Below, piece by piece: positions 38,696-52,530 of a DNA stretch of 64,000 bases. The notes under the pieces were generated by a model. It ran no database searches. It saw only the letters and a program-made list of their open reading frames with translations, and had not been told where the DNA came from. Each line of letters begins with the position of its first letter. Within the stretch, counting starts at the first letter, position 1. The stretch is from Octopus sinensis (Eukaryota), in contig NC_043013.1 in NCBI RefSeq assembly GCF_006345805.1, forward strand, positions 38,130,001 to 38,194,000, given 5' to 3'. The translations under genes and the position numbers were made by a program.

Positions 38696-38915
38696 ATTGC
38701 AAAAATCAGAGTAAATCCCTGAAGAGGAAGGGGCAGACTGGGAGGAGGAACTAGAGTTAAATTGACGATTTGGTGTGTACAGGATGTAATTTTGAAACGA
38801 AATGTTTGAGATTTACCGAACAGATCTTGTCAAAGCCGATTTTCTTGTCGGTCTGAAGTCAGCAGGTATATCATCGCATCTGGTGTGGGTTGGGTGCAGT
38901 GTGATGAAACTCGAC

Positions 38916-39256
38916 CAGGGGTTCTGAACTATATTTTACCTATGGAACCCTTTGTTAACTATTTTATTGTGGTGAACTCCCACTCCATAATCATTCGATG
39001 TTTAAAATTAGTCTTTCAAAATTCCTATTTTGTTTTTGTCACATTAACTAGTTTAGGTTGAACTATGTAAAATATTCGAGTCAGAAACCTTGCTTTTTTT
39101 TTCAGTACATACCAATACATATATCCAAAACAAATATTTTTCAGGAGATCTTAAAATACTATTATGGACCTCCAATTTATTATTTTGTTGCCTGGAACCC
39201 GTAAAACCTTATTACGAATTCTTAAGGGCCATATGGACCCTGACTGAGAACCACTG
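38916..39256. mobile_element. hAT-like MITE
   Basis: TIRs CAGGGGTTCT / CAGTGGTTCT; flanking 8-mers match 5 of 8. Confidence 0.6.
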
Positions 39257-40347
39257 GACTAAACGGAGAGAAGGAGAATAGATTTGGAGGCGATTACTAC
39301 ATATGTGCCGCTTGAAAGTGGACGCAAAAATAAGGAACAAAGTAAAAATGTAACAAAGATAAAAGCTGTCACAGCGAGATCAGGATTACAAAGGTGGAGA
39401 GGAAAAGGATTCGGCAATGTTGCTGAATAGGTTTTTGACAGTGGATCAGGAAAATACTGGATGCAGTTTGTGGAGCAGTGTAACTGCAGGGCTGTATAGT
39501 GCGTAGAAATATCATTTGAGGACCGGATGTTGCTCTAGCAGGTTTTTTGCAATGCAAGTTAATTGCTAACAAGTTTCATATGATGGATTGGTTTCAGCAC
39601 TCATCTGTTGGTTACATTTTGTCTTACTGAACGCATTTCTGATTTATATTGACTTAATGTTATAAATGGAATTTGGACAGGTACACTGAGAAGAATATTT
39701 TTAGCGAACTGCCGAAACATCAAAGACTGTGCACTATAGAGTTGAACGCATTATATGATAACAATCATAGTGTGTATGTGTGTATAAACTTATGCATACA
39801 TGCAGATATTTGTGTGAATACATGTGTATGGAATTGTGAGTGTGTGAGTGTGATGTGAATGTATATATGTACGTATTCATGCATTATTTCTCTTACACCC
39901 AATGCATAATAATCAGAGTCTTCGTTAAATTGTAAGACATTCAAATGGTGGTAACATTTTAGTGCAGTCATCAATATGTATTTTCAACCAGTAAATATGC
40001 TGCTTTCGAAATCTGCCGCGGGCAGTAAAACGTTTGCTCTCAGACATCCATATTTGTACCAGTATGTGTATGAGAATTTATGTATGCATGCTTATGTATG
40101 CATGTATGTATGTACGTATGTATGTATGTATGTACGTATGTATGTATGTATGTATGTATGTATGTATGTATGTATGTATGTATGTATGTATGTATGTGTG
40201 TGTGTGTATATGTATGTATGTGTGTATGTATGCGTACATGTATATGATATATATGTGTGTTCATATATATATATAGTTATAGATATATGGATGTAAATAT
40301 AGATATAGTCAGATACATCATAATGCACGTGCAGATGCACGCAATAC

Positions 40348-40378
<31 letters not shown>

Positions 40379-40404
40379 ATATATATAATATATATATATA
40401 TATT

Positions 40405-40450
<46 letters not shown>

Positions 40451-41126
40451 AATATATATATATATATATACAGAGAGAGAGAGAGGAGGATAGCAAGATA
40501 AACAGAGGAAGAGAGATAATGGGAGAGAGAAGACATGGAGGTGAGTGAGAGAAAGTTATGTAGAGAGATATATTACAGAAAAAGCTGATAAAAATAGATA
40601 TTTTTCTATTGATGCATATGAGAGGTGAAATTTGATTCAGTTTTCATCAAGTGTTGTCTGCCTATCTATCATTATATCGCATTATATATATGTGTGTGTA
40701 TGTGTATGTGTGTATATGTGTTTGTGCGAGTGTGTCCATTTGTATATGCATATACATACAAATATATACATATATATATATACATCAATGTGGATACGTA
40801 TGTATATATACACATATACATATGCATATACATATATTTACATACATACATACATGCATATGTATGTATGTATATGTGTGCATAAAACACGTATATGTTT
40901 CCAATTCTTCAAAGTGTGTTTTTATGCGTCTTTACATAACTCTGTATCAAAATATATTTTGCTGTATATCTAAATAAACTACTATAAGAAGATTTTATTT
41001 ATTTACTATATTTTGACAAAAAAGTAATCGAAATTTCCTGCGACGAATTTAGCCAAACTTCTATATCTGAATAACAGGTAAAGCGTAAAGATTTCCATTA
41101 ACTCATATCGTATTACCGTATAACAT

Positions 41127-41170
<44 letters not shown>

Positions 41171-41352
41171 CATATATTTATAAATATATATATATATAAG
41201 GTATATAATATATGTGTATATACATAAGTACATGTATGTATATAGATATATATTTAAAAATGTATACAGACATACATATATATATACATGCACACGCGCG
41301 CACACACACACACTACGCACACCACGCACACACACACACTACGCACACCACG

Positions 41353-41387
<35 letters not shown>

Positions 41388-41760
41388 TCATACATGCACA
41401 CACACGCACATACATAAATATTCGCAAATATGTGTGATATTGTATGGATGTGCATATATGCATGAGTACAAATTTACACACTCATATAAAATGGTACATA
41501 CGCTCATACACGCATGCATAGATATGTACGATTGTTGTGCTGCCTATACCTACGTGTGCACACACATATATATGTATTCTTTCCTTAAAACTCAATTAAT
41601 AATAGAAAAACGCGAGAATGTGATGCAATAAAAAACATACAAACAGGCATACACACTCTAGTTGTGTTTTTCTGACAGATACTTATGGAAGATTTTTTAT
41701 ATTTTCCTCTTATTATCGTTGTTGCTTTAGTTGTTGCTACTATTATTATTATTATTATTA

Positions 41761-41805
<45 letters not shown>

Positions 41806-42027
41806 CCTTCTTGTTATTATCATCATCATCATCATCATCATCATCATCGTTATCATTGTTATGACTATTATTATTGTTGTTATTGCTATTCTTATTGCTC
41901 TGGTGGTGGTAGAAATGCCAGAAAATTTAAGATATATGACTGAACTGATTATACCACCAACCACATACTTACGCACTCACGTGACCACATATATATAAGT
42001 GCATATGCGAGCAGGTGTATGTATATG

Positions 42028-42076
<49 letters not shown>

Positions 42077-42679
42077 TATATACACATATATATATATATG
42101 TACTTGTAAATATGTATATCTATGTAAGGGTGAATATATATTAAGATATATAAACTAGTACATGTATATGTGTATATATATGTGTGTGTGCGTGTGTATA
42201 TAGATGTATATATCTATATATACATGCACACGCTCGCATATACACGCACATATATATAGATAGATACATACACACGCCCGCAGATACACACATATCAATC
42301 TATCTATCTATCTATCTCTCTCTATATATATATTTATGTGTTTAATGGCGTATGTGTATGTGATTGAGTATTTGCGATTTTATTGAGAGAAGTGCATGGA
42401 TATGACTACGTGCATAGGAATACTGTGAATTTGTGTACGACTTACATTCACTACGTATGCTCGTACGATGAGCGCTTTTGTGAATTTATTTGAAAAATAA
42501 ACAGGCTTTATTAAGTAATTTTTAAGAAGGATATTTAGAATTCGCTTTGTTAATGCTTGTATATTTTGCATATATATTTTAAAAATTTATTACAAATTGT
42601 TGAATGAACAGCTAGTGCAAGTCATACAAACGCACGTACACACACAAATGCATTCATTCATGCGTACACGTGAACATTG

Positions 42680-42710
<31 letters not shown>

Positions 42711-42942
42711 TATATGTGTGTGTTTATGTATATATATATATCTGCATATATATATACACACACACATATATATTATATATATATGTATACATACATATAT
42801 ACTATTATGTATTACACTACATATATACATATATATTATATAGATACATATATTATATACATACTATATATGTGTTTATGTCTATATATATCTGCATATA
42901 TATATACACACACATATATATTATGTACATATATATATATGT

Positions 42943-42973
<31 letters not shown>

Positions 42974-43356
42974 TATATATATATATATATATACACGTCT
43001 ATATATGAATGTGTTTGCGTGTCTTTACGTGCGTTTGTATGATTGTACACTAGCCGTGTTTTTCAACAGTTTGTTGAAATACACGCACACACGCATATAT
43101 ATATGTATATTTAATTTTCTTGTGCGAGTGCGTGTATGTATATATGTTCGTAGATAGGTATGTCTCTCTCTATGAATGTATGAATTTGAATATGTATGTA
43201 TATTTAATTTGTATCTATTTGAACCAATATCTCCATCTTAAGAGCAAGCATTAAACCGTTACTCATTCAACCAATTACTCAATTTTACTTCAGCCATATT
43301 GCCGGCACTGAAAAGGTTAGCCGTAATCCGTGCTTTAGGTTTCAACAAGGGACTTA

Positions 43357-43418
<62 letters not shown>

Positions 43419-43432
43419 ATTTGTATATATAT

Positions 43433-43471
<39 letters not shown>

Positions 43472-44223
43472 CTGTTTTTGTGTTTAAATGCCGCGTGTGC
43501 GTGTGTGTGTCTTTAAGATTTGGGTAAAATCTATACAGAGTGCTATGCAAATATCATCCACTGTTCTTAGCTACCTGGTGTCATCACACACAGTTAAATG
43601 ACGGTAGGGTATTATGAGGGACTTACCTGAGGAGGCGCACATTACGCCTTAGATAACAAACAAAGATTACACAACATCTCACCAATATATTAAGGTGTGA
43701 AAATGCGTCGAAACAATTGTTGGGGAAATAAAAAAATGCCCTCCATTCAATTTTCTGTCATTTGTGAATGTGGGTTTGTGTGTGCGTGTGTGAAACCAGA
43801 AGGCTGAGAATTGTATATATTTTTAATTGAATACTACACCTGCTTAATTTCAAGACAGGTGTTACAAAGTTATAAGTGGTGAAGAAAGAATATATACGAT
43901 CTCCTCGCTGTATTCTTTAATATTAATTAAACAGAATTATTTTTAATCTATGTTTGAAGAATTACGGATAAGATATTCTATACAGTTTTTTTCTACATTT
44001 GTTCCCTTTTTAAATCCTGCTTGTAATAAAACATGTGTATCATGGAATTTAATATTTGCGAATTTTTTTGCATTCTTTTGGTTTGATTTCTAATTTCTGT
44101 GGAAACTAAATTCACCTAAAAGTTAGATGATTGTATATATATCTTATATTTTAAATAAGATACTTTTATAAATACATCGGATTAATGTGAGCATGCAGAT
44201 ATGCACCAGGGGACACAGCTTGA

Positions 44224-44263
<40 letters not shown>

Positions 44264-44445
44264 TATATATATATTATATATTAATATACATACATATATA
44301 CATATATACATATATACAATATGTATATATATATATATATAATATTATATATATATATAATATATATATATATTATATACATACATACGTATACATATAC
44401 ATATTTATATTCATATAAACTTCAAGGCCAGAGTGGGTAACATCT

Positions 44446-44950
44446 TCTATAGCTTAGTTGATAGACACTTCCCCCGAACCGATAGGTTCAGCAAAATATT
44501 TAATAGACACATCCTGAGATTATCCTTTAGCTGTGCTCCTTGTATTAAAAAGATTTCAGTAGGTATACCCACACCCGAGGCAGAAGCTTGATGCTCATGC
44601 AGGGGTAAAACAACTTGTCTACTGAACGGGCAGTGCAGTTCGGAGACAATTGTTTGCGAGGAAGAAGTAACAGCAACAGGGCCCAATGGACAACCCAGCG
44701 TGTGGAAGTATGTGGGGGTAACATAAGGTCCCTTCAGAACCAATTTAATAAACGCAAGTCTTCCTTCAACATCGCAGAGAGATGTAACGCCACAATCCTA
44801 GCCAAGGGATTTGAAAAAAAGGGTCACAGAATACAGCGTAAAGTGGAATTTCCTAGAAAATGTAAACCGTACATCAATGGCAGTAAGATGTGCAGACTAT
44901 GCCTGACTGAGAAGAGACCTATCTTGTCAACCTGAATAGCAGGAGTTAGG
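44446..44950 (+). pseudogene. Penelope-like GIY-YIG endonuclease region
   Basis: DRHFP..KIFNRH.LRLSFSC, CSCRGKTTCLLNGQC..IV, KYVGVT, PYINGSKMCRLCLTEK. Confidence 0.88.
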
Positions 44951-44953
44951 TGT

Positions 44954-46350
44954 TTAATTCTTATTTGCATGTAAGGAAGTACTTCCTATCGTACCTGCAT
45001 GAACAGCTATGACTGTAACCACAGACCTCCTGTCTTGACCCCCCGCCAATGACCTTCCATTAATAGTTTGACCAAAGCACTCACCAATGCACACATGTAC
45101 ACACACGCACATTCCTATAAGCTCTTCATCTACTAACTGCTCCAGAAACTTTGCTTGGTCCCGGCAACAGTTTTTCTTTATGTTACCCAATTCCAGGCAC
45201 CGGTGACACCTGGGTGGGGGCTTCCCTCAAGAATCGCCGGGTACCTGGAACCGACCATTTTAAAAATATCTAGCAAAACCAGATCATCGGCTGATTGGGT
45301 CCATAGGGTCAAAATTGCTTTTGACCCCTCCCAATCAGCCGCAGAGAGAATTCTGACATTCAAGAGCTTGGCAGTGTTGCCACCCAAACCCCGATAGTAT
45401 CTTCTATCCATTCGGGCTCTATACCGGGTGGCAGTCCACACAGCTAAGCTCTTGTCAATCTCCTCCCTTCATAAGTGGGGAGAAACAGAATTTTCTCCCC
45501 TTCTAATGGTTGGCTCGCAAAATCTCGAGCCTCTGTAGGGGTGTTAAACAGCAACCACACCGTTGCATGTCTAACACCTCATGCAATGAACTTGATAGTT
45601 GGCAGTTATTCTGCCAACTCCTTTTCGATATCCTCCTGGGAGAACATAGTGATGGTGTCATGGAACTTAAAATAGGTCCTTAATACGACCTTCTCCCGTT
45701 AAAAGTTTCCAGCCACTGCTTGAGGAGCCACAATTTGCCACTCCAATACAGTGTTTTTAGTTGCCATGATGATAAAACAGAGCAAATCAAAAAAATGTTC
45801 AAAATAAAAGTTCAAAAAAGTTTCAATTGAAAAGTCAATAAGCAACTGAAAAAGAAGGGAAAGATAGAGCAAAGAAGAAAAACGAAGGGAGACAGTTCAA
45901 TGGCAACACAATTCCGGCACTTAGGTAGTCCACACGAATGTATTTTCGCCGTCGTAGAACAAAATATTCCAATTTTGGTTTCTCACAGCTAAGTGAGACT
46001 TTAAACACAAAACACAGCAATCTTTCTGGCCGTCCTGGTACACCAGGCTAAATGGCAATCCTCCTGGCCGAAAAAGTCAGAAATAACACAATTTTCAGTA
46101 GGGACACGCCTCCCAAAACACTCCTCTCACAACCAAGTGAGAACTTAAGCACGACCACTAGCAGAAAAATGCATGGAACCCAGTGGAGACCTCTTGTTCG
46201 CCAAAAAATAAATAATACGAGCAACGGAACCCCACTAGGTCCCAAAAAATCAGGTATCTTACCTAGTAGTCGTGCTTCACTATTTCACGCCCCTCACACA
46301 CACCGACGTGACTTCCATCGCAAGAAAAAAAAACGCGTCCTCTCTGTGAA
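44954..46350 (-). mobile_element. Tx1/L1-like LINE 5' portion (5'UTR plus disrupted ORF1), copy 2
   Basis: ATG at 45767 (MATKNTVLEWQIV...), LFLPTYEGRR..GLPP, knuckle RCHRCLELGNIKKNC; homologous to copy 1. Confidence 0.82.
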
Positions 46351-46384
46351 GTAAGCGAGCTAGTTACCATATAGCCACTCCTAT
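46351..46384 (-). mobile_element. SINE-A head fragment abutting the LINE 5' end
   Basis: AGGAGTGGCTATATGGTAACTAGCTCGCTTAC, then LINE sequence. Confidence 0.82.
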
Positions 46385-46463
46385 AGGTAGATAGATTGAT
46401 AGAATAGAGGGATAGATAGATGATAGATAGATAGATACATACATACATACATACATACATACA

Positions 46464-46495
<32 letters not shown>

Positions 46496-47076
46496 CATTT
46501 GCACATTTGTGCTTGTTTCTATATGTGTGTATGATGGTACATAATCCTCTATATATACATATATATCTTTTAAATACTTCATGTGCTCCATAATTTATTT
46601 TGCATGGTTTATATTTAATGTAGAATTCTAACTAATTTTTGTTCGATTTTGATTCGTTTTACAATGCAATTCTTAATATAAAATATGTGCGTGTGTGTGT
46701 ATCTGTATAAATAAGTGTGTGTGTATCTGTATAAATAAGTGTGTGTGTATGTATATATATACAAGCACAAACACATAGATGCATACATCTATGTATACGA
46801 GAGTGACAAAGAAAGTATTATTTGTATCGTATCTTCATTTTTATTATTATCATTATTATTATTTGTGGCTGTTGTTGTCTTAGTAGTAGTAGTAGTAGTA
46901 GTTAGTAGTAGTAGCAGCAGTTAAGCATTATTTTTTTAGTTTTGTTGGCAGAGAACGTTTGAGAAATTATTATCAGATTTTCAAATAACTGCTATCACTT
47001 AGCAACAGTTTTACTTCGATATCGTGGGTGTGAAAATTTTATATACATCCCTTTTTATAGATAATCTGTAACGTTG

Positions 47077-47166
<90 letters not shown>

Positions 47167-47659
47167 TGTTTCTTTATTAGCCACGCAGGGCTGCACACAG
47201 ATAGAACAAATTACAAGGTAGAGCTTTTCTTTTGAAGGTTTAAAAAAAAAAAAAAAGGAAGGGGGAGTTTCGATCAAAAGGGATCGTAAAAGGAGAGAAA
47301 GAGGACAAAAAAAGGGGAGAGGAAAAAAAAAAAAAAATTTGATCAATAGGGATCGTTATCACAGAAATGTCAATATGAAGTGTAAAGGGGAGGACAGGTG
47401 AGGTTTACCCGTGGAAAGAAAAGCCTACGAAAAGACCACGGTAACCTCGGTCAATGGAGTCACATGTTATATATTTTTTTTTTTTGCAAATAAGCAACTC
47501 TCTGTTTTTCAATTTCTGGGTTCATAGGATCATGCTCAAGGTGGGCTCGTCATTCATACGTGCCATTCTTGCTACATTACCATCTTTTTTTAAAACATTC
47601 GCTAGACAAAACTTGCCTCTCTACTCTCCTTTCCTTTTCAAGTGGTACTTGAAGAAGTT

Positions 47660-47662
<3 letters not shown>
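47167..47662 (-). mobile_element. 5'-truncated Tx1/L1-like LINE 3' end inside (GATA)n
   Basis: Frameshifted C-terminal peptide [32 protein letters not shown], 3'UTR, AATAAA, then (ATCT)n; GATA repeats on both sides; clade assignment is by recall. Confidence 0.75.
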
Positions 47663-47746
<84 letters not shown>

Positions 47747-47762
47747 GGAGGATAGTTAGATG

Positions 47763-47817
<55 letters not shown>

Positions 47818-47837
47818 AGATAGGAGATAGATTGATC

Positions 47838-47885
<48 letters not shown>

Positions 47886-47895
47886 TAGATAGATA

Positions 47896-48180
47896 AGTTT
47901 CTTTATTGGCCACACAGGGCTGCACACAGATGGACAAGTTACAAGGTAGAGCTTTTCTTTTGGGGGATGAAAAAAACAAAAAACAAAAGAAACCAAAAAA
48001 AAGTGGTGGCGTAGGTTTTCGATCATGAGGGATCGTAAAAGAGAAGAAAAGAACAAATAAAAAATTAAAAAATAAAAAATAAAAATAAAAATAAAAAAAG
48101 GAAAAGGAAAAGAAACAAAAGAAAAGAGAAATGAAAAAAGAAGAAAAAAGGGGAAAAAAAGGGGAAGAGGAAAAAAAAAG
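47896..48180 (-). mobile_element. Second, shorter 3'UTR copy of the same LINE inside (GATA)n
   Basis: Homologous terminal ~70 bp plus GATCGTAAAAG motif; GATA repeats on both sides. Confidence 0.78.
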
Positions 48181-48731
48181 ATAGATAGATAGATAGATAG
48201 ATGTTCAGTGCTTTTATATGTCTTCGTGGGGGTTTATTTGTGTTATGTGCGTTCTATGTTTCATATCACTTCAACAATTTTAAAATATGGCAAATATTCG
48301 CTATGCTGCTTTGTTAACTATGTAAACTTCCAAAAAATTCTTTTTCAAGCATATCGTTAGCCTTAATTTCGTGCAATGAAATTTGCTATTTTGTTTCTTT
48401 TTTTATTTACTTATTTATTTTTTTATTATTAGTCATGTATTTATGCTTGACCATATTTTAACTAGAGATCTCCTTCCTGGTCAGGAAGACGTAAACTATT
48501 GAAAGAAAACGTTGATGGCCAAATAAACGTGGTAATCCTCTCGTCAGCCATAACGATCAGACTACATGCGCTGTTTCGGCCCGTTTAATGTCCAAGCTCT
48601 TAAAATTTCGCAGTACAACACGTCTGGTTCGTTCATTGATATAGTGAATATCACTGACGTGGTAAACAAGCAAGGACTAAAAGTGAAGGACTACAACCGT
48701 CATGCAGGACGGAAGATAGCGATGCATATAC

Positions 48732-48764
<33 letters not shown>

Positions 48765-48770
<6 letters not shown>

Positions 48771-49072
48771 ATCCAAACAAGAAAGCACAAAAAAAACCAC
48801 AACAACGCGAGGACGTGGAACAAATATAGTATTATTGGACGCTCAGGAAAGAAGAAAAGAAGGAGGGTTTAACGTTTCGAGCGGAGCACTTCGTCGGAGA
48901 CATAGGAGAAGGAAAGATCCAGAGAAGGGAAGACAGGGGGAAAAATCGCCAACGGTACACACGCAGTCACATATAATATAATACACATATATATACATTA
49001 TATATGTATATATGTATATATATATAGTATATGTATATATATATGTATATGTATATATATATTATATATATA

Positions 49073-49103
<31 letters not shown>

Positions 49104-49245
49104 GTGTTGTGTGTGTGTATGTGTGTGTGTGTGTGTGTGTGTGATGTATAGTTAGTTAATCCAAACATGAAAACACAAAGAGAGAAAACACAACGCAAAG
49201 ACGTGGAACAAATATAGTATCATTGGACGCTCAGGAAGGAAGGGA
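48765..49245 (-). mobile_element. Two tandem PLE-type terminal repeats (family P1)
   Basis: 48765-48970 with hammerhead-like CCGACGAA..GCTCGAAACGTT; 49155-49245 truncated; both end in TA/TG tracts. Confidence 0.75.
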
Positions 49246-49264
49246 AACATATATATATATATAT

Positions 49265-49783
49265 ATTACATGGGAAAATGCGAACATGAAAAGTCATATT
49301 CTTGAAATTATAAACCGTGAAAAGTACAGGACAAGTTATTACACCTGTAAAAGTATAGAAGCTGTTACTTCTAGTACAGTAAAGATTAACAAACTTTTTA
49401 CTTAAAATATTGCAGCAAAAAATGCCAGTTCTTCAAATTTATAACTCTTTCCAGCTCTCATCTTTTATATTTATTGTACAAAACTGTTCATCTATTTTGT
49501 AAGTTTGACTAATTAGTCACTTTTTTTCTGTATTAAGGGTAGTAAATTAGCCAAATTCTACTTAAATAAGTACAGTGTTGTTTGTAAACTATAATAAAAT
49601 AAGTTTTAATATTTCAATTTTTATTTTAGCTGCAATATTTTAAGTAAATAGTTTCTAATTCTTTACTTTACTCGAAGTAATAGCTTGTCCTATACTTTTA
49701 CGGGTGTAATGACTTGTCCTGTACTTTTCCAGGTTTATAGTCTTAAAAATATAACTTTTCATATTCGCATTTTTCCATGTAAT
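49265..49783. mobile_element. Foldback-type MITE with ~155-bp terminal inverted repeats
   Basis: ATTACATGG.AAAATGCGAA.ATGAAAAGT...AAAATATTGCAGC at both ends; AAAAGTA.AG(G)A sub-repeats inside the arms. Confidence 0.85.
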
Positions 49784-50231
49784 CCATGACTTTTCCAGAC
49801 ATTGCTATTATAATTAATAATATGGCAATTACTAATTTAAGATTTTACCTAATAAAATGCTGCAAGCTAATATTTCAATTTTTTCATGCTTAATTTAAAT
49901 ATATGTTGTGATTGAAATATTTGATATTACTCATCCACACCAAATTAATGGCAGTAATTTTTACCATATTCCTCATTGCACCATTCAACGAAAAAAATAC
50001 GTTTCCAATGATTCCGGTATTGGTGGGGGGACCCCCACCTCATATTTTCCGAACCAAGATTTGCAGCATATTAGGAGGTCAGGGTACTTGATTCCTCGCA
50101 AAAAAAATCAAAATTTTTGTTGTTTTTTTTTCCTTAGTGTAAATCGTGCGGGTGTTAATATAGAAATTTACTATAATATACTGCAAACCTATCATCAAAG
50201 ACATTCCAGCCTTCAGCAAACCGTCATTTTT

Positions 50232-50289
50232 AAGGTATCCCCTTACCTAAATCACACAATGGGCGTGTGGTTTAGGTAAGGGGATACTT
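50232..50289. repeat. Short near-perfect hairpin
   Basis: GTATCCCCTTACCTAAATCACAC-aatgggc-GTGTGGTTTAGGTAAGGGGATAC. Confidence 0.9.
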
Positions 50290-50609
50290 TGGCCGCTATC
50301 TTAGTGAGTCGAGCGACCAGGTAGCAGCTCTTTCATTGATTCGATTGCGTGATGAGATGTTTTTACACATATATGTAATATGTATATATATCATCGGCAA
50401 AAGTTAGAGAGTAAGTCAAAAGCTGAGAGTTTTGTGTCTTGGCACTTATCAAACACGAATTTGTCCATTGTCACTCTGTAACTTCTGACGAAATAACTTC
50501 TAAAATACAAAATTTCGTCAAAAATGTTAAGAGTAAACCCCGCTTTATGTGACACATTCACCAGTATCGAAAGTTTGAAAGTGTTTAGTTAAAAAAAATA
50601 TATATAATC

Positions 50610-50720
50610 TGTACGTCAAAGTCGACCTCGGCGAAATTGGAGCTCAAAACGTAAAGACAGATGAAACACCGTTAAGCATTTCGCCCTGTGCGCTAACGTT
50701 TCTGCTCGCTCGGCGACTGA
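50610..50720 (-). mobile_element. SINE-B 5' fragment
   Basis: Head and B box. Confidence 0.7.
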
Positions 50721-51170
50721 GGACGCAACCATTCGTTTTAGAAATATATTCTTTATTCTTATTGCTTAAACGTTATTTCTTTCTTCCTTACTTACTGACA
50801 TTAAATTTCGTAACATTTACCTCATAACAGTTTATCTACTGAGTTTTGTTCAATGCGGATAACGATTCTCAATTCCTCGTGCATTTTTCTATCATTTAAG
50901 CTTAAGAAAAGTATACTTGTAATTCAAAATTTAAAAATTTATGTTAATTAAAGATGAATATCTGCCTTACTGCCACTTGAGGTCTGACATATTTTGATGT
51001 CACTTTTTTTCGACTGAACAAAATCTCAAACTATTTATGCCAAAGTGTATTTAACAGTTTGCAATTTTGTTCAGAACTGAATCAGTGGTGAAGCTTGGAA
51101 GCTGCTGCGATTGACGAAATGGTGGACTTAAAAATATATTCACGTTAAATGATATATTTATATATATATA

Positions 51171-51201
<31 letters not shown>

Positions 51202-51310
51202 CACATACATACACACATACATGCATAATATATATACATACATCCAAACATGCATACATATACATGTGTTTGTATATCAATATGTGTGTATGTATATATA
51301 TAATATATCA

Positions 51311-51355
<45 letters not shown>

Positions 51356-51418
51356 GATACATATATACATATGCGTGTGTATGTATATATTATATATATA
51401 TATATATAGATAGATAGG

Positions 51419-51501
<83 letters not shown>

Positions 51502-51721
51502 GCTGAATCTTACGAACTGTGGTTTGACCAATCAGTATGTGGTTTCGATATCCCGGATCGGCGGAATCACATAAACTACATAAACGACACAAACCTGATG
51601 ATTGCATAACGCATAAAAGTACTTGATTATTTAAATGTTGTAAAATTATATAAATTGCAAATAATAAAGCGTGAAAATCAGACTAAGTTGGAATTTCATA
51701 GATTAATATACATACATATAT

Positions 51722-51905
51722 CACGTGATCAAGTGTCCGACCAGGCTATCAGATGTTGCTACACATCGCTGGTCACAATGCGCTTTTAGCCTTCAAATGA
51801 CGCCACCCCGCTGGCTAATCGAGCAGGCCAACAGAAGAAAGAATGAGAGAAAGTTGTGGCGAAAGTGTACAGCAGGGATCGCTATCCATCCCCTGTCGGA
51901 GCTTA
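51722..51905 (-). mobile_element. Longer copy of the repeat at 8022-8135
   Basis: Shared ~105 bp plus ~75 bp 5' extension. Confidence 0.6.
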
Positions 51906-52199
51906 TATATAATATATGTATATTATTTATTATTATCGATTTAAAGATATAGTCACGAAACGCGCGTAGCCAATTTAATGTTTATTTTATTTATTGATTT
52001 TTTAAAGTAATATTTATTATAGTATATTTAAATTTTTTCTATTTAATACGGATAATGTATTTCACTATTGAATTGCTTAATAGAGGTTCTCTTAATTATA
52101 CACACACACACAGATACACACACTTATATACTTGCTGTAAAAGTCGGGTATGTGTACACAGATACACAGATACAGACACAGACACACACACAGATACAG

Positions 52200-52234
<35 letters not shown>

Positions 52235-52464
52235 ATCACATACATATACTGTATATAGATAGATATACATATAGTTATCTCTCAATAACTGGATTAATTT
52301 CCGTCCTGCATCGTTGAAAGTCTAACTCTTCGGTTTATCTGCCATATTTTGAGTTTAGGAAGATATTGCTACTTACGCATTCATATTTATCTCTTTATCT
52401 ATCCGTCTACTTGTTTATTTGTCTGTCTGTCTATGTATCATTTATCTCACTCTGTTTCGCACTT

Positions 52465-52530
<66 letters not shown>

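Noticed and set aside
38834-38875. 42-nt candidate exon DLVKADFLVGLKSA
   Set aside because: Acceptor lacks a pyrimidine tract; indistinguishable from chance.
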